From Candidatus Helarchaeota archaeon (lineage in GTDB: Archaea; Asgardarchaeota; Lokiarchaeia; Helarchaeales; RDOG01), in contig JALGVI010000006.1 of the NCBI GenBank assembly GCA_029838215.1, positions 1 to 64,000 of the forward strand: a stretch of 64,000 nucleotides of DNA, in the 5' to 3' direction. The notes below the pieces were generated by a model. That model saw nothing but the letters and a program-made list of their open reading frames with translations. It was not told where the DNA came from and ran no database searches. The translations under genes were made by a program, and so were the position numbers. Shown piece after piece: positions 48,624 through 57,372 of this stretch. Numbering within the stretch: position 1 is the first letter of the stretch; every line of letters starts with the position of its first letter.

Positions 48624-49084
48624 CAGGAAGCCTCCAGAACTTTTGTTGCTATTGCATGAGCATTATTAATTAAGTCTTCCAGAATTTCGTTCTTCAAGAT
48701 CTCTTCGATTTTCTTGTTAAAAGTTGAAATTCGTTGAGTTTTAAATAACTCGAGATACATGTCATAAAACAAGAGAAAAGCCTGTGAAATCGTCTTGATA
48801 TCCCCCATGAATGTTTTCTTTTCTTGTTTTTCCAAGATATCCTGAGCTTTATTAGCCAAAATTCTTTTTACCGTGGAAGGAAGCTCGGGATACTGCGTTA
48901 TTTCTAAGTCGATTTGGAATTTTTTTGCCAATTGCTTGAGAGGTTCCAAATAATCTTCTCTATCTAAAATATATTGCCGGTTCTTTATCTTAATCACGTC
49001 GAATTTCTTCTGTTGTCCCAAAAAATTGGAGCGATCCTTGACAGACATGCCTTCTGGATAATTTATTTTTATCAAGTAATCCAA
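48623..49084 (-). CDS. Hypothetical protein
   Basis: 153-aa ORF with a TTG start preceded by GAGGA. Confidence 0.65.
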   Translation of the reverse strand: MDYLIKINYPEGMSVKDRSNFLGQQKKFDVIKIKNRQYILDREDYLEPLKQLAKKFQIDLEITQYPELPSTVKRILANKAQDILEKQEKKTFMGDIKTISQAFLLFYDMYLELFKTQRISTFNKKIEEILKNEILEDLINNAHAIATKVLEAS

Positions 49085-49355
49085 ACGGATTCCTCCATTT
49101 ACTTCCCATTTAAATCTTGTTTATGAGCCATTTATATTTATAATTAGCGGTTTATGTTCTATTTACTTTTCCTTTATTTTTCATTTATCTTATTTAAAAG
49201 GAGGAAATCCTGCAATTGATCCAAAAACAACAGCATTTTCAAGGAATTACATGTAATGATCTTGAACCAAATTAAGACTTATTATTGAATGATACCGAGC
49301 CATCACCAAGATATTACGTGCCTGATCCGACTGAAACTAAAAAGAAGATATTTTG

Positions 49356-50165
49356 TTAAAGAAATTGAGTTAGGGATTTTGCATCATTCGACTTCTCTTT
49401 AGGGAGGAAGGGAAATATTTCGGAATTAAAACGAGCCTTTTTCTTGATTATTGATTCGTATTCCTTGTTTATTTCGAATCCTATTACATTTCTACCCAAT
49501 CGTCGGCATGCAAGGATGGTACCACCACTCCCACTAAAAATGTCCCCTACCCAATCACAAGGATCAGATGAGATCTTTATGATTTTTTCGAGCATGACAA
49601 TGGGTAATTGACAGGGATGCCCCTTAATTCTGTCGGGGTCATTTCCACGATTGTATTTTGGCCAATACCACACGTCATTTTCATATTTTTCACCCTTTCG
49701 TTTTGTATTTGGGTTCGAGTATTGTGGATAAAATTTGTAATTCTTCTTGTCCTTCACGAGAAAGAGAATGTGATAATGACTCGTGACATATTTTTTCTTG
49801 GTAAACACGCCCCAGCTGAAATGCCAAATGATATGATTGAGCAGCGTAAAATTTGTTTTTTTTACGGCGTTTAGGATTTCCCCAATTCTTGTCCAACCGC
49901 TAATCACGTATAAAGAACCGTCAGGAGTCAAGGCATCAAAACACCGTGAAATCCACTTATAGGAAAAAATCTCATATTCGTCGGCGGTGAATTTATCATC
50001 GTATAAGATATAATCAGAAGCACCATATTCATGACTGCTCTTGTCAAACTCCAGACCAAAAGGAGGGTCTGCAATCATGAGATGGAATTTTTCCTTGTAC
50101 TTCGGCAACAAATCCATGATGTCGCCAATGATGAGTTCATAATGGGGTTTTTTTGGTTCACTCAT
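49356..50165 (-). CDS. Beta-class N4/N6 DNA methyltransferase; paralog of 43511..44410
   Basis: IADPPFG, GSLYVISGWT, NHIIW..SWGVFTKKKYVTSHYHILFLVK, DIFSGSGGT and IGFEIN. Confidence 0.92.
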   Translation of the reverse strand: MSEPKKPHYELIIGDIMDLLPKYKEKFHLMIADPPFGLEFDKSSHEYGASDYILYDDKFTADEYEIFSYKWISRCFDALTPDGSLYVISGWTRIGEILNAVKKTNFTLLNHIIWHFSWGVFTKKKYVTSHYHILFLVKDKKNYKFYPQYSNPNTKRKGEKYENDVWYWPKYNRGNDPDRIKGHPCQLPIVMLEKIIKISSDPCDWVGDIFSGSGGTILACRRLGRNVIGFEINKEYESIIKKKARFNSEIFPFLPKEKSNDAKSLTQFL

Positions 50166-50171
50166 TTAAAA

Positions 50172-51510
50172 TCAGGTTTTTTTCTTTTTGGACTTTTTCT
50201 TTTTCTTTGTTTTTTTTGCAGTCTTTGATTTTTTGGCTTTTTTAGTTTTTTTCGCTTTTTTGGCCTTCTTCTTCTTTTTTGGTTTTACCACTTTTTCTTC
50301 CTTTTCGGGCTCTTCCGGCGTTTCTTCTTCCGCGGGCAATTCTTCTTTGGCGGGTTTTTTCGCCTTTTTCACTTTTTTCTTTTTCTTCTTGGCTTTTTTC
50401 GTTCGGGCTCTTCCGGCGTTTCTTCTTCCGCGGGCAATTCTTCTTTGGCGGGTTTTTTCGCTTTTTTCACTTTTTTCTTTTTCTTCTTGGCCTTTTTCGC
50501 CTTTTTGGCTTTCTTCTTCTTTTTTGGTTTTGCCACTTTTTCTTCCTTTTCGGGCTCTTCCGGCGTTTCTTCTTCCGCGGGCAATTCTTCTTTGGCGGGT
50601 TTTTTCGCCTTTTTCACTTTTTTCTTTTTCTTCTTGGCTTTTTTCGTTCAACAGGTGATAATTCTTGTATTTTAACTTCGGTGGCGTCTTCGAGCGTGAT
50701 TTCAACGGGTTTTCGTTCAGATGGAGGTGCTTTCGTTTCATCCACGACTGCTTTTGATCCTGCTTGCCGCTCTTCGATCATCGGGCGTTCCACGAGAGGC
50801 ATCACGATTTGTGGTTCTAAAGAAGGTTGTTCTTCAGAGCTTGCTTCCAATTCTGCGATGCGTTCTTTAAATTCTTTATCAATTCGTTCACTCAAGTACT
50901 CATTTACTTCCAAAAGAGTTGACTCGTCCACGTTTTCAATTTCAAATAAAAAGTCCCGCTCCACCTCGAGTTTCACTTCAAACAAGGTCTTGGTTTTTAA
51001 TAAATCAGAATAAAGCAATTGGATGACGTGATCGATGACGTATTGAGCCCTGTTTTCTTTCGTTAATTTATATCGATTTAATATGAGATGCATTACCTTT
51101 CCCTGCTTCAAGAATACCCAATTATTCTTAACGCCAATCTCGGGTGGCTCTACACCAATCAAGCGGCATTTTTGCCGAATATCTTCCAATAGTTCTTTAG
51201 AAATAAAATCAAACCACTTATTCTCTTCAGGAAGAAATAGCTTGCTATCACGTTTAAAGAAGGGCTTTCGGATTATTTTTTTAGGGAAAAGTAAATCAAT
51301 CAGTTCCATGCCAAAATAGTGAACCTGCAATTCTTCGCTTAATTTCGTGGATACGGCATTAAATTTATCAAGTAATTCTTTTTTTCGCAATTCGTATCGG
51401 TGAAGTATCTCTAATTCTTTTCTAAAAACACTCTCTTGAATATCGGTTAATCCGCGTGCTTGCATTTCCCTTAAACTATTGATAAATTCGTGATATTTAT
51501 CCTCGATCAT
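50172..51510 (-). CDS. Protein of unknown function with histone-H1-like Lys/Ala-rich tail, split by two -1 frameshifts (zero-frame ORF 50614..51510)
   Basis: The zero frame stops at 50616-50614. The -1 frame continues KKAKKKKKKVKKAKKPAKEELPAEEE... to a stop at 50371-50369. A second -1 shift continues to TGA at 50174-50172, 6 nt before the next start codon. Confidence 0.65.
50304..50646. repeat. Three copies of a 98-bp purine-rich (minus strand) unit
   Basis: Copies lie at 50549-50646, 50402-50499 and 50304-50401. The first and third are identical and the middle differs at 2 positions; copies 1 and 3 are 245 bp apart. Confidence 0.9.
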
Positions 51511-51546
51511 CTTTCCACCAGAAGGATTTTAGGGATAAGGACATAA

Positions 51547-52017
51547 TTAAGAATGAAAATTGATAAAGATTTTCTTCAATCTTTTCAATTGCATGCTATT
51601 TTTCAATGTTTTAAGGAGTTTTTCGATTTTATTTGGATGAACGTTTATGATAGAATGCAATCTCATTGGATCATTTGGTAACTTATATTCATTTAAGTTA
51701 ATTCTTGATTTATAACATGCATCTATAATCCATTCTTCTAATCTGGGACAAATTTGAACGATGAGGTTATTTTTCTTGGGTTCTTGGAATAATTTTAAAT
51801 TGAACTCGTTATATTCTTTAAATAACTGAAATTTTTCATTAAAACTTTTTGGAATGGGTTTACCGGGATCTTCATCAATCATTCCTACGTTATTTTCATC
51901 TTTGATTAATCGCTTTATCACGCCAGATTTGTTACCTGAATGCCTAATTTTTATCGGATATCCCCTAATCAAGATTTTAACTAATTTTTCGTCGGCTTTA
52001 CATTCTACGAAAATCAA
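51547..52017 (-). CDS. TOPRIM-like small protein (OLD/DUF4435/DUF3226-like), putative nuclease
   Basis: IFVECKAD (conserved Glu), GMIDED (DxD) and PRLEEW; 4-bp overlap with the ATPase gene. Confidence 0.65.
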   Translation of the reverse strand: MIFVECKADEKLVKILIRGYPIKIRHSGNKSGVIKRLIKDENNVGMIDEDPGKPIPKSFNEKFQLFKEYNEFNLKLFQEPKKNNLIVQICPRLEEWIIDACYKSRINLNEYKLPNDPMRLHSIINVHPNKIEKLLKTLKNSMQLKRLKKIFINFHS

Positions 52018-53000
52018 TGGTCAGGCTCCAAAAAACGATCTATTTCAAAGAAAATATCTGCTCCTGCATCCAACAATTCTCCCAGTTCAGATTTCTTCAG
52101 GATTTTAACCTTTGTTTGATAGTCTTCATAATACGTTAGCAGGATATTAAAATCTTTAATGTTCGATTTCTCAATAATGGAAAGTAGAAAATAAGGATTA
52201 TGCGTGGTGATGAAATATTGATTATTTCTTTCTTGTAAAGCAATTTTTTCGGCTAAAAACTTGCAATAATAAGGAAATGAATTAGAAGCGGGTTCTTCAA
52301 AGACGATGGTAGAGATTTGATTCGACAAAATAGCCACTAAATAAAAAATGATTCTTTGAAGAGTGTCTGAAAGTAAATTATAAGGATATGAATACAATTT
52401 ATTGTCTTGCATTTTCACGATTTCATAAATTTGATCGGGTAGTTTTAACATTAATTTTAGACCAAATTTTTCAAAAATCGGATATATTTCATCTTGTAGT
52501 GCTTTTCTTGAAGACAAAACTTTAAACAAATTCTCCCCAAATGGGGGATATAAAAAATCTAATTGTTTTCCAGCATATTTTATGGTAGGCTTGAATCTAT
52601 AGAATCTTACCTTAAAGACATCATTGAAACTTTTATTTTTAGGGGGAATTTCATCAATGTTACAAACAAAATCATGTTTTTTTTGCCCATGAATTGAATA
52701 GAAACCCCGATATTGATCGTCCTTAAAAAATAAGGAAAAGAAACCACGATTTGTACGTATTTCTATTGGATAATCTATCAGTTGATCGAAAAAAATTTGG
52801 CTTAAACTACTCATTCTGACGAATGAATTCATTGAGCCATATTTTGGAAATGATAACAAGCTTATCGCTTCTAATATATTAGATTTTCCTGTATTGGGTT
52901 CTCCTATCAATACATTAATCTTTTTACAATTAAACTTGATATTTTTTATTGACTTAAATTTTGAAATTTCTACACGATCTATCAAATCTACTCTGCTCAC
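52014..53000 (-). CDS. ABC-type AAA_15/AAA_21 ATPase
   Basis: FKSI, Walker A GEPNTGKS, degenerate signature LSDTLQR, Walker B IVFEEP and H-loop FITTHNPY. Confidence 0.88.
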   Translation of the reverse strand: MSRVDLIDRVEISKFKSIKNIKFNCKKINVLIGEPNTGKSNILEAISLLSFPKYGSMNSFVRMSSLSQIFFDQLIDYPIEIRTNRGFFSLFFKDDQYRGFYSIHGQKKHDFVCNIDEIPPKNKSFNDVFKVRFYRFKPTIKYAGKQLDFLYPPFGENLFKVLSSRKALQDEIYPIFEKFGLKLMLKLPDQIYEIVKMQDNKLYSYPYNLLSDTLQRIIFYLVAILSNQISTIVFEEPASNSFPYYCKFLAEKIALQERNNQYFITTHNPYFLLSIIEKSNIKDFNILLTYYEDYQTKVKILKKSELGELLDAGADIFFEIDRFLEPDH

Positions 53001-53151
53001 AAATATTCATGAGATTTTGTTTCTCAATATTGCTTTTATAAATCATTCATAAAAAAATTTGGTTTTCCTTTTAGTAAATTTGAGAAGATTTAAAAAGCGA
53101 AGGGTAAATAGAAAGCAGATTGAAAAATTTTTAAGACATATAGCTTCGCGT

Positions 53152-53335
53152 TTCGCTACTTGAAAGCATTTTGCCAGAGTATTAGGCTCTTTCTTTTTAT
53201 AATCTTTTCAGCCCGCAATCTTGTCCATCGTTCATACAGTAATCTTCGATCAACTTTGCTTTGGTCAGTCCATTCTCAAAATATCGCTTCATTGGACATA
53301 TTTAATAACAAAAACATTCTTTTTTTGGTTGTCAT
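53152..53335 (-). pseudogene. Degraded small Cys-rich protein gene
   Basis: Joining frames gives MTTKK/ECFCY*ICPMKRYFENGLTKAKLIEDYCMNDGQDCGLKRL*KERA*YSGKMLSS, with one frameshift and three stops. The Cys spacing resembles small C..C-P-M-K-R-(F/Y)...YC...C proteins. Confidence 0.35.
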
Positions 53336-53576
53336 CAAGATCACAGAAATGAGCTCATTCAATGAAGAAAGAAAATATCTAAATTTAAAGATGAGGAAAT
53401 CGGTCAAGTAAGAATCAAGCCACAGGACTAAGTTTCCAAGAAAAAACAACATGATAGATCTTCCAAAAGGATTTTAATAGGTTCTTAACATCTTTAGATT
53501 CAGCGATTCACAAAGCAAGTAATTTCGAGTTCACGATTACTTGTAATTGATTTTATCACGGATGAAGGAAATTAAC

Positions 53577-54668
53577 ATGTCAGATCCTTATCAAAAAATT
53601 GTTGAAAAATTGAATAAGATGGCACTTGGAGCACCAAAATCTCAGAAGTTCATCGAATATTTAAAGTTATATTTTAATGAAGGCGAAGCCGAGATTATTT
53701 CGCATTTGGACAATCTCACGACGAGAACGTTAACGGCGAAAAAGGTTGCTAAATTGGCGGGAAAAGATCCCGAAGAAGTAAAGGAAATTTTAGAGAATCT
53801 CGTGAAAAAAGGTGCTATTTTAAAGCAAGGAAATCGGTACTCTCTTCATGCCATTGTTGATTATTTTGACCTCCCACTTACGGTTCCTCCCGAGCATGTT
53901 ACAGAGCGCACGAAAAAAATGGCTCAACTCTCAGAGGATTTTTATAAAGAAGAATGGCACGATGAAGTTTTTTCATCTCAAAGACCGTTTCTACGGGTGA
54001 TTCCAGTTGAAGAAAAGATACAAGCAGGACAAAAAGTAACGAATGCAGATGAGATCTCAGAACGATTGAAAAAAGCCACGCACATAACAAAGGTTCGTTG
54101 TCCTTGTCGTTCTCGCATGGAGTTGCTCGGTGAGAGGAAATGTAATTATCCACTCGAATCGTGTTTAATGCTCGATTTTCATGGCGAGAACTATACGGAA
54201 TTGGGGCTCGGCACGCAATTATCCTATGATGAAGCAATGAAATGGCTTCGAGAAGCCACGGAAATGGGACTCGTTCATCTTGTCGAAAATTGTGATGAAG
54301 GACCATATTTTTTCATATGCTCTTGCTGTGAATGTTGTTGCATGGGTCTTCGCGGTTTGATGGAATTAAACCACCCTCGAGCAGTAGCCGCCGCTAATTA
54401 TCATGCCATCGTAAACCAAGAAACCTGCGCTCACTGCGATCCTGCATCATCTAAATCCTGCGTTTCGGTCTGTAAATTCGGTGCGGCAACTCAAGTGGAT
54501 GGAAATATCGTGATCGATAAAGATAAATGCATGGGTTGTGGAGTATGTGCAGCCATTTGTCCTACAGAGTCAATCACGTTAAAAAGAATCGAACGAGAGA
54601 AGATTCCACCGAATCTAGCTTCACTATATGGGGAAATTTCACGAGAAAAAGGACGTCCCCTTATCTGA
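53577..54668 (+). CDS. Multi-Fe-S protein with C-terminal ferredoxin domain; paralog of 33892..34989
   Basis: CPCR...C...C, ICSCCECCC, CAHC...CVSVC and CMGCGVCAAICP. ATG 53577 follows GAAGGA. Confidence 0.88.
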   Translation: MSDPYQKIVEKLNKMALGAPKSQKFIEYLKLYFNEGEAEIISHLDNLTTRTLTAKKVAKLAGKDPEEVKEILENLVKKGAILKQGNRYSLHAIVDYFDLPLTVPPEHVTERTKKMAQLSEDFYKEEWHDEVFSSQRPFLRVIPVEEKIQAGQKVTNADEISERLKKATHITKVRCPCRSRMELLGERKCNYPLESCLMLDFHGENYTELGLGTQLSYDEAMKWLREATEMGLVHLVENCDEGPYFFICSCCECCCMGLRGLMELNHPRAVAAANYHAIVNQETCAHCDPASSKSCVSVCKFGAATQVDGNIVIDKDKCMGCGVCAAICPTESITLKRIEREKIPPNLASLYGEISREKGRPLI

Positions 54669-54809
54669 TTTTTCATTAAAAGTAATTCTTTTCTCTTTTT
54701 CTTTACAAACAAAGAAAAATAAGATAATTTTAAATAAACGTAACCATTTTATTGACATGCTGACAATAATAGAATATAAATTGAAGGCAAGATTTTTGAG
54801 GTGAAAGTA

Positions 54810-55178
54810 ATGGATGATCAAGCAGAACAAAAAGACATTTTAACGAAAATCATTGATGGTACAACAAAAGCCATAGAAAGTGTCGTGAAGGGAACTCAAG
54901 AAGTGGTTGACAGCATCCTTGGAAAGGAAGGAGAGGAGCCTAGTGAAATAGGTAAATTCATTAAAGATACTCGGCAAAAAATTCGTGAATCTTTGGGACT
55001 GGAAGGAGATGAACAGGGTGGTCTTAAAAAAATCATTGAAGACACCCGAAAGCGAATTCGAGAATCACTGGGTTTGGAAACAGAAGGAGAAGAATTGGAT
55101 TTAACCAAGGTCTTCACGAAAATGAGAAATCGCGTTCGAGAACTTTTAGGAATGGAGCCACTTCCCGAAAGTGAATAA
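54810..55178 (+). CDS. Small protein of ~25-aa amphipathic helical repeats
   Basis: GAGGTG SD then ATG 54810; repeats DTRQKIRESLGLEG / DTRKRIRESLGLET / KMRNRVRELLGME. Confidence 0.75.
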   Translation: MDDQAEQKDILTKIIDGTTKAIESVVKGTQEVVDSILGKEGEEPSEIGKFIKDTRQKIRESLGLEGDEQGGLKKIIEDTRKRIRESLGLETEGEELDLTKVFTKMRNRVRELLGMEPLPESE

Positions 55179-55205
55179 AAAATCTTTATTTCTTTATTTT
55201 TTTAA

Positions 55206-56468
55206 TCATACTCTTTGATAATTGACTCCTTTTTGTATTCCTTCAATTTTAAATAAGTCATCATCTTTGATTAAATCCTTGATGTATTCTAAATCAAATT
55301 GAGCAAAGAAAATCGGTTCAAGCAAGTTCTCATCCTGTTTCCATTCCCGTGATAAGGAATTTCTCAAATCAGGACTGTTTAGGATTTGTTGACCAATTTT
55401 AGTATTTTTGTAGAGCCTAAAATTAAAGTTAACGCCAACAGAATCTGGACGATGCGTCTTCAGGAAGTTGATCATGCGCTCTACTGACGACTTTGGCTCG
55501 TTTGGAAAACCAACTAATAAATCCAAAGCCAGCTTGATGCCTTGCTCCCTGCAACATTTAATGAAGAACTCTAGATCAGAATAATCGTATCCCGACATCT
55601 TCTGTTCAGGTTCGTAGCTATCGACAGAACAGGTGATCAGGGACACCTTGGACATTTTTAACAGGCGGAATAGCTCTTCTGAGATGGGTGTTGGCTTCAT
55701 GTATAGTGCCCACGTCATGTTGAAATCCCGCTTGACGAGTTCCTTGCAGAAATTAATTGAATAATCCAAATCAATGTTGAATTCACTATCGCAAGTATGA
55801 AAACGATTATATCCTTGGCCGATTAAATGCTCGATCTCCTTTATGACCAAAGCTATCTCCTTGGGAAAATGCCCGGTTCCTGCTTCGACACAGTAACTGC
55901 ATTCGTGCGGACATCCTTTCTGAATTTCGATTCCTACGATTCCATCCTTGCCGATGTATCGGGCATAATCGAAATCCGTGCCTCTCAGGTGCACCAATGC
56001 TTGTTTTGGAACACTTTGCCATCCAGAAATAATCTTAGGGATTGATTTTCCGTCTTGAAGGTCATCAAGCAATTTTAAGAGCGCAAATTCTCCGGGACCC
56101 TTGATGCCAAAGTCTGCCCCCAAAAAAGATAGAATTTCATCAGGCATCGCGGTGAACCCCGATCCTCCTAAGACAATTGGAGCACCATTATTCTTCAAAA
56201 CTTTAATGAGGTCTTTGATTTCGTCTAAAAAGAATTGATTATCATAACGAATGGCTGAATCAATATTTCTGATCGTGACTCCGATCAGGTCAAACTGGTG
56301 ATTTTCCAGAGTTTTTTGAATGTCTTCTATTGGATCGTTGCTAAAACAGAGGTCCAACACTTTAACAATATGTCCAGCATCACGCAAGTACGTTAATAAA
56401 TACTCCAACCCTATGGGAATCACGGGGGGATTTTGGAACCGATTTGGATTGATAAGAAGTACGTTCAT
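55206..56468 (-). CDS. B12-binding domain radical SAM protein
   Basis: N-terminal cobalamin-binding domain (PIGLEYL, GVTIRNID, LGGSGF) and CPHECSYC radical-SAM motif. ATG 56468 is preferred over 56507. Confidence 0.92.
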   Translation of the reverse strand: MNVLLINPNRFQNPPVIPIGLEYLLTYLRDAGHIVKVLDLCFSNDPIEDIQKTLENHQFDLIGVTIRNIDSAIRYDNQFFLDEIKDLIKVLKNNGAPIVLGGSGFTAMPDEILSFLGADFGIKGPGEFALLKLLDDLQDGKSIPKIISGWQSVPKQALVHLRGTDFDYARYIGKDGIVGIEIQKGCPHECSYCVEAGTGHFPKEIALVIKEIEHLIGQGYNRFHTCDSEFNIDLDYSINFCKELVKRDFNMTWALYMKPTPISEELFRLLKMSKVSLITCSVDSYEPEQKMSGYDYSDLEFFIKCCREQGIKLALDLLVGFPNEPKSSVERMINFLKTHRPDSVGVNFNFRLYKNTKIGQQILNSPDLRNSLSREWKQDENLLEPIFFAQFDLEYIKDLIKDDDLFKIEGIQKGVNYQRV

Positions 56469-56862
56469 GGAATGCCCTTCGCCATCTTTTTTTCTTAAAA
56501 TAACCATCTTTCGATATATTTATCTTATCGAATGAAATAAATACTACTTATTTCTGTTCATCAATTTGAAATAAAAATAAGGAATAACTCCATGGTTATG
56601 TAAATGAAGGATTTATAAAGATTTATAAATTTGAACCAAAGTCTTAATTGCATCAACTTCAGTTCCCCGATGAATACGGTACCAAAAGATCTCGTGGTTT
56701 CGTATCTTGAGAAGAATGCTGTAATGAAAGCCGCATGGGAACAGAACAAAGACAAACCATCATAAATCTAATATCAATCTCTAACCCATCTATTTCATTT
56801 TTAAACAAGTTTTTTATATGAATGAATTCTTGTTTGAGTGAATAAAATCACGGTCAACGGAC

Positions 56863-57348
56863 TTGATAGAAATGAGATGTAACGAACTCTACAGCAAGGA
56901 AATGATTCGAAATGTGCCGGGTTGGAGTACAGCTCCCGTTCCTCTTTGTTTTGGTGGTGATTATAGGGCTTTGACATTTTGCTGTCATCCTGCGTATCCG
57001 CTTACGTTTTCCTCACATTGCAAGAGAAAGAATGTATTGAGTTCACTTGGAATTACGGAAGAGGAATTTGTCAAGATAAAGGATGAATTTGCGGATGAAT
57101 ACGATTTATGGGATGATTCCGTTTGTTTTAAATCCTTGAGTTATTGTTGTATGCGCCGTGGCGGATGTCCTGGAAACCGTGATAGAGTCTTGATTCGAAA
57201 GTATGGAAATGGAACAGAACGGGGATTGACCGATGAGATACTTGAAAAGTATTTCAAGATGAAAAAAGAATTGGCAATTCGAATCTTGAAGAAGGCACGC
57301 AGGCAAGATCTCGTGGAAGAATACATTAAAGAAATGGAAGGACCTTGA
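56863..57348 (+). CDS. Methanogenesis marker 9-like Cys-rich domain protein
   Basis: WSTAPVPLCFGGDYRALTFCC...C...CFKSLSYCC...C..RD pattern. Confidence 0.75.
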   Translation: MIEMRCNELYSKEMIRNVPGWSTAPVPLCFGGDYRALTFCCHPAYPLTFSSHCKRKNVLSSLGITEEEFVKIKDEFADEYDLWDDSVCFKSLSYCCMRRGGCPGNRDRVLIRKYGNGTERGLTDEILEKYFKMKKELAIRILKKARRQDLVEEYIKEMEGP

Positions 57349-57372
57349 TTTCACGATTTTATAATAAAAGAA

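Noticed and set aside
50304-50646. Repeats considered as a CRISPR array
   Set aside because: The units are 98 bp, coding-like and lack unique spacers, and there are no cas genes.
50188-51013. Phe-rich 'membrane protein' ORFs on the plus strand
   Set aside because: They are antisense shadows of the AAA/AAG-rich minus-strand repeat.
42717-53000. Canonical BREX, Type I/III R-M, or an integrated virus/plasmid
   Set aside because: No BrxC/BrxL, HsdR/HsdS or Res motifs; no integrase, terminase, capsid or replication genes; no att-like repeats seen.
56631-56765. 45-codon plus-strand ORF (LNQSLNCINFSSPMNTVPKDLVVSYLEK...) vaguely like a DUF1801 fragment
   Set aside because: Too short, with no clear SD motif and only subjective similarity.
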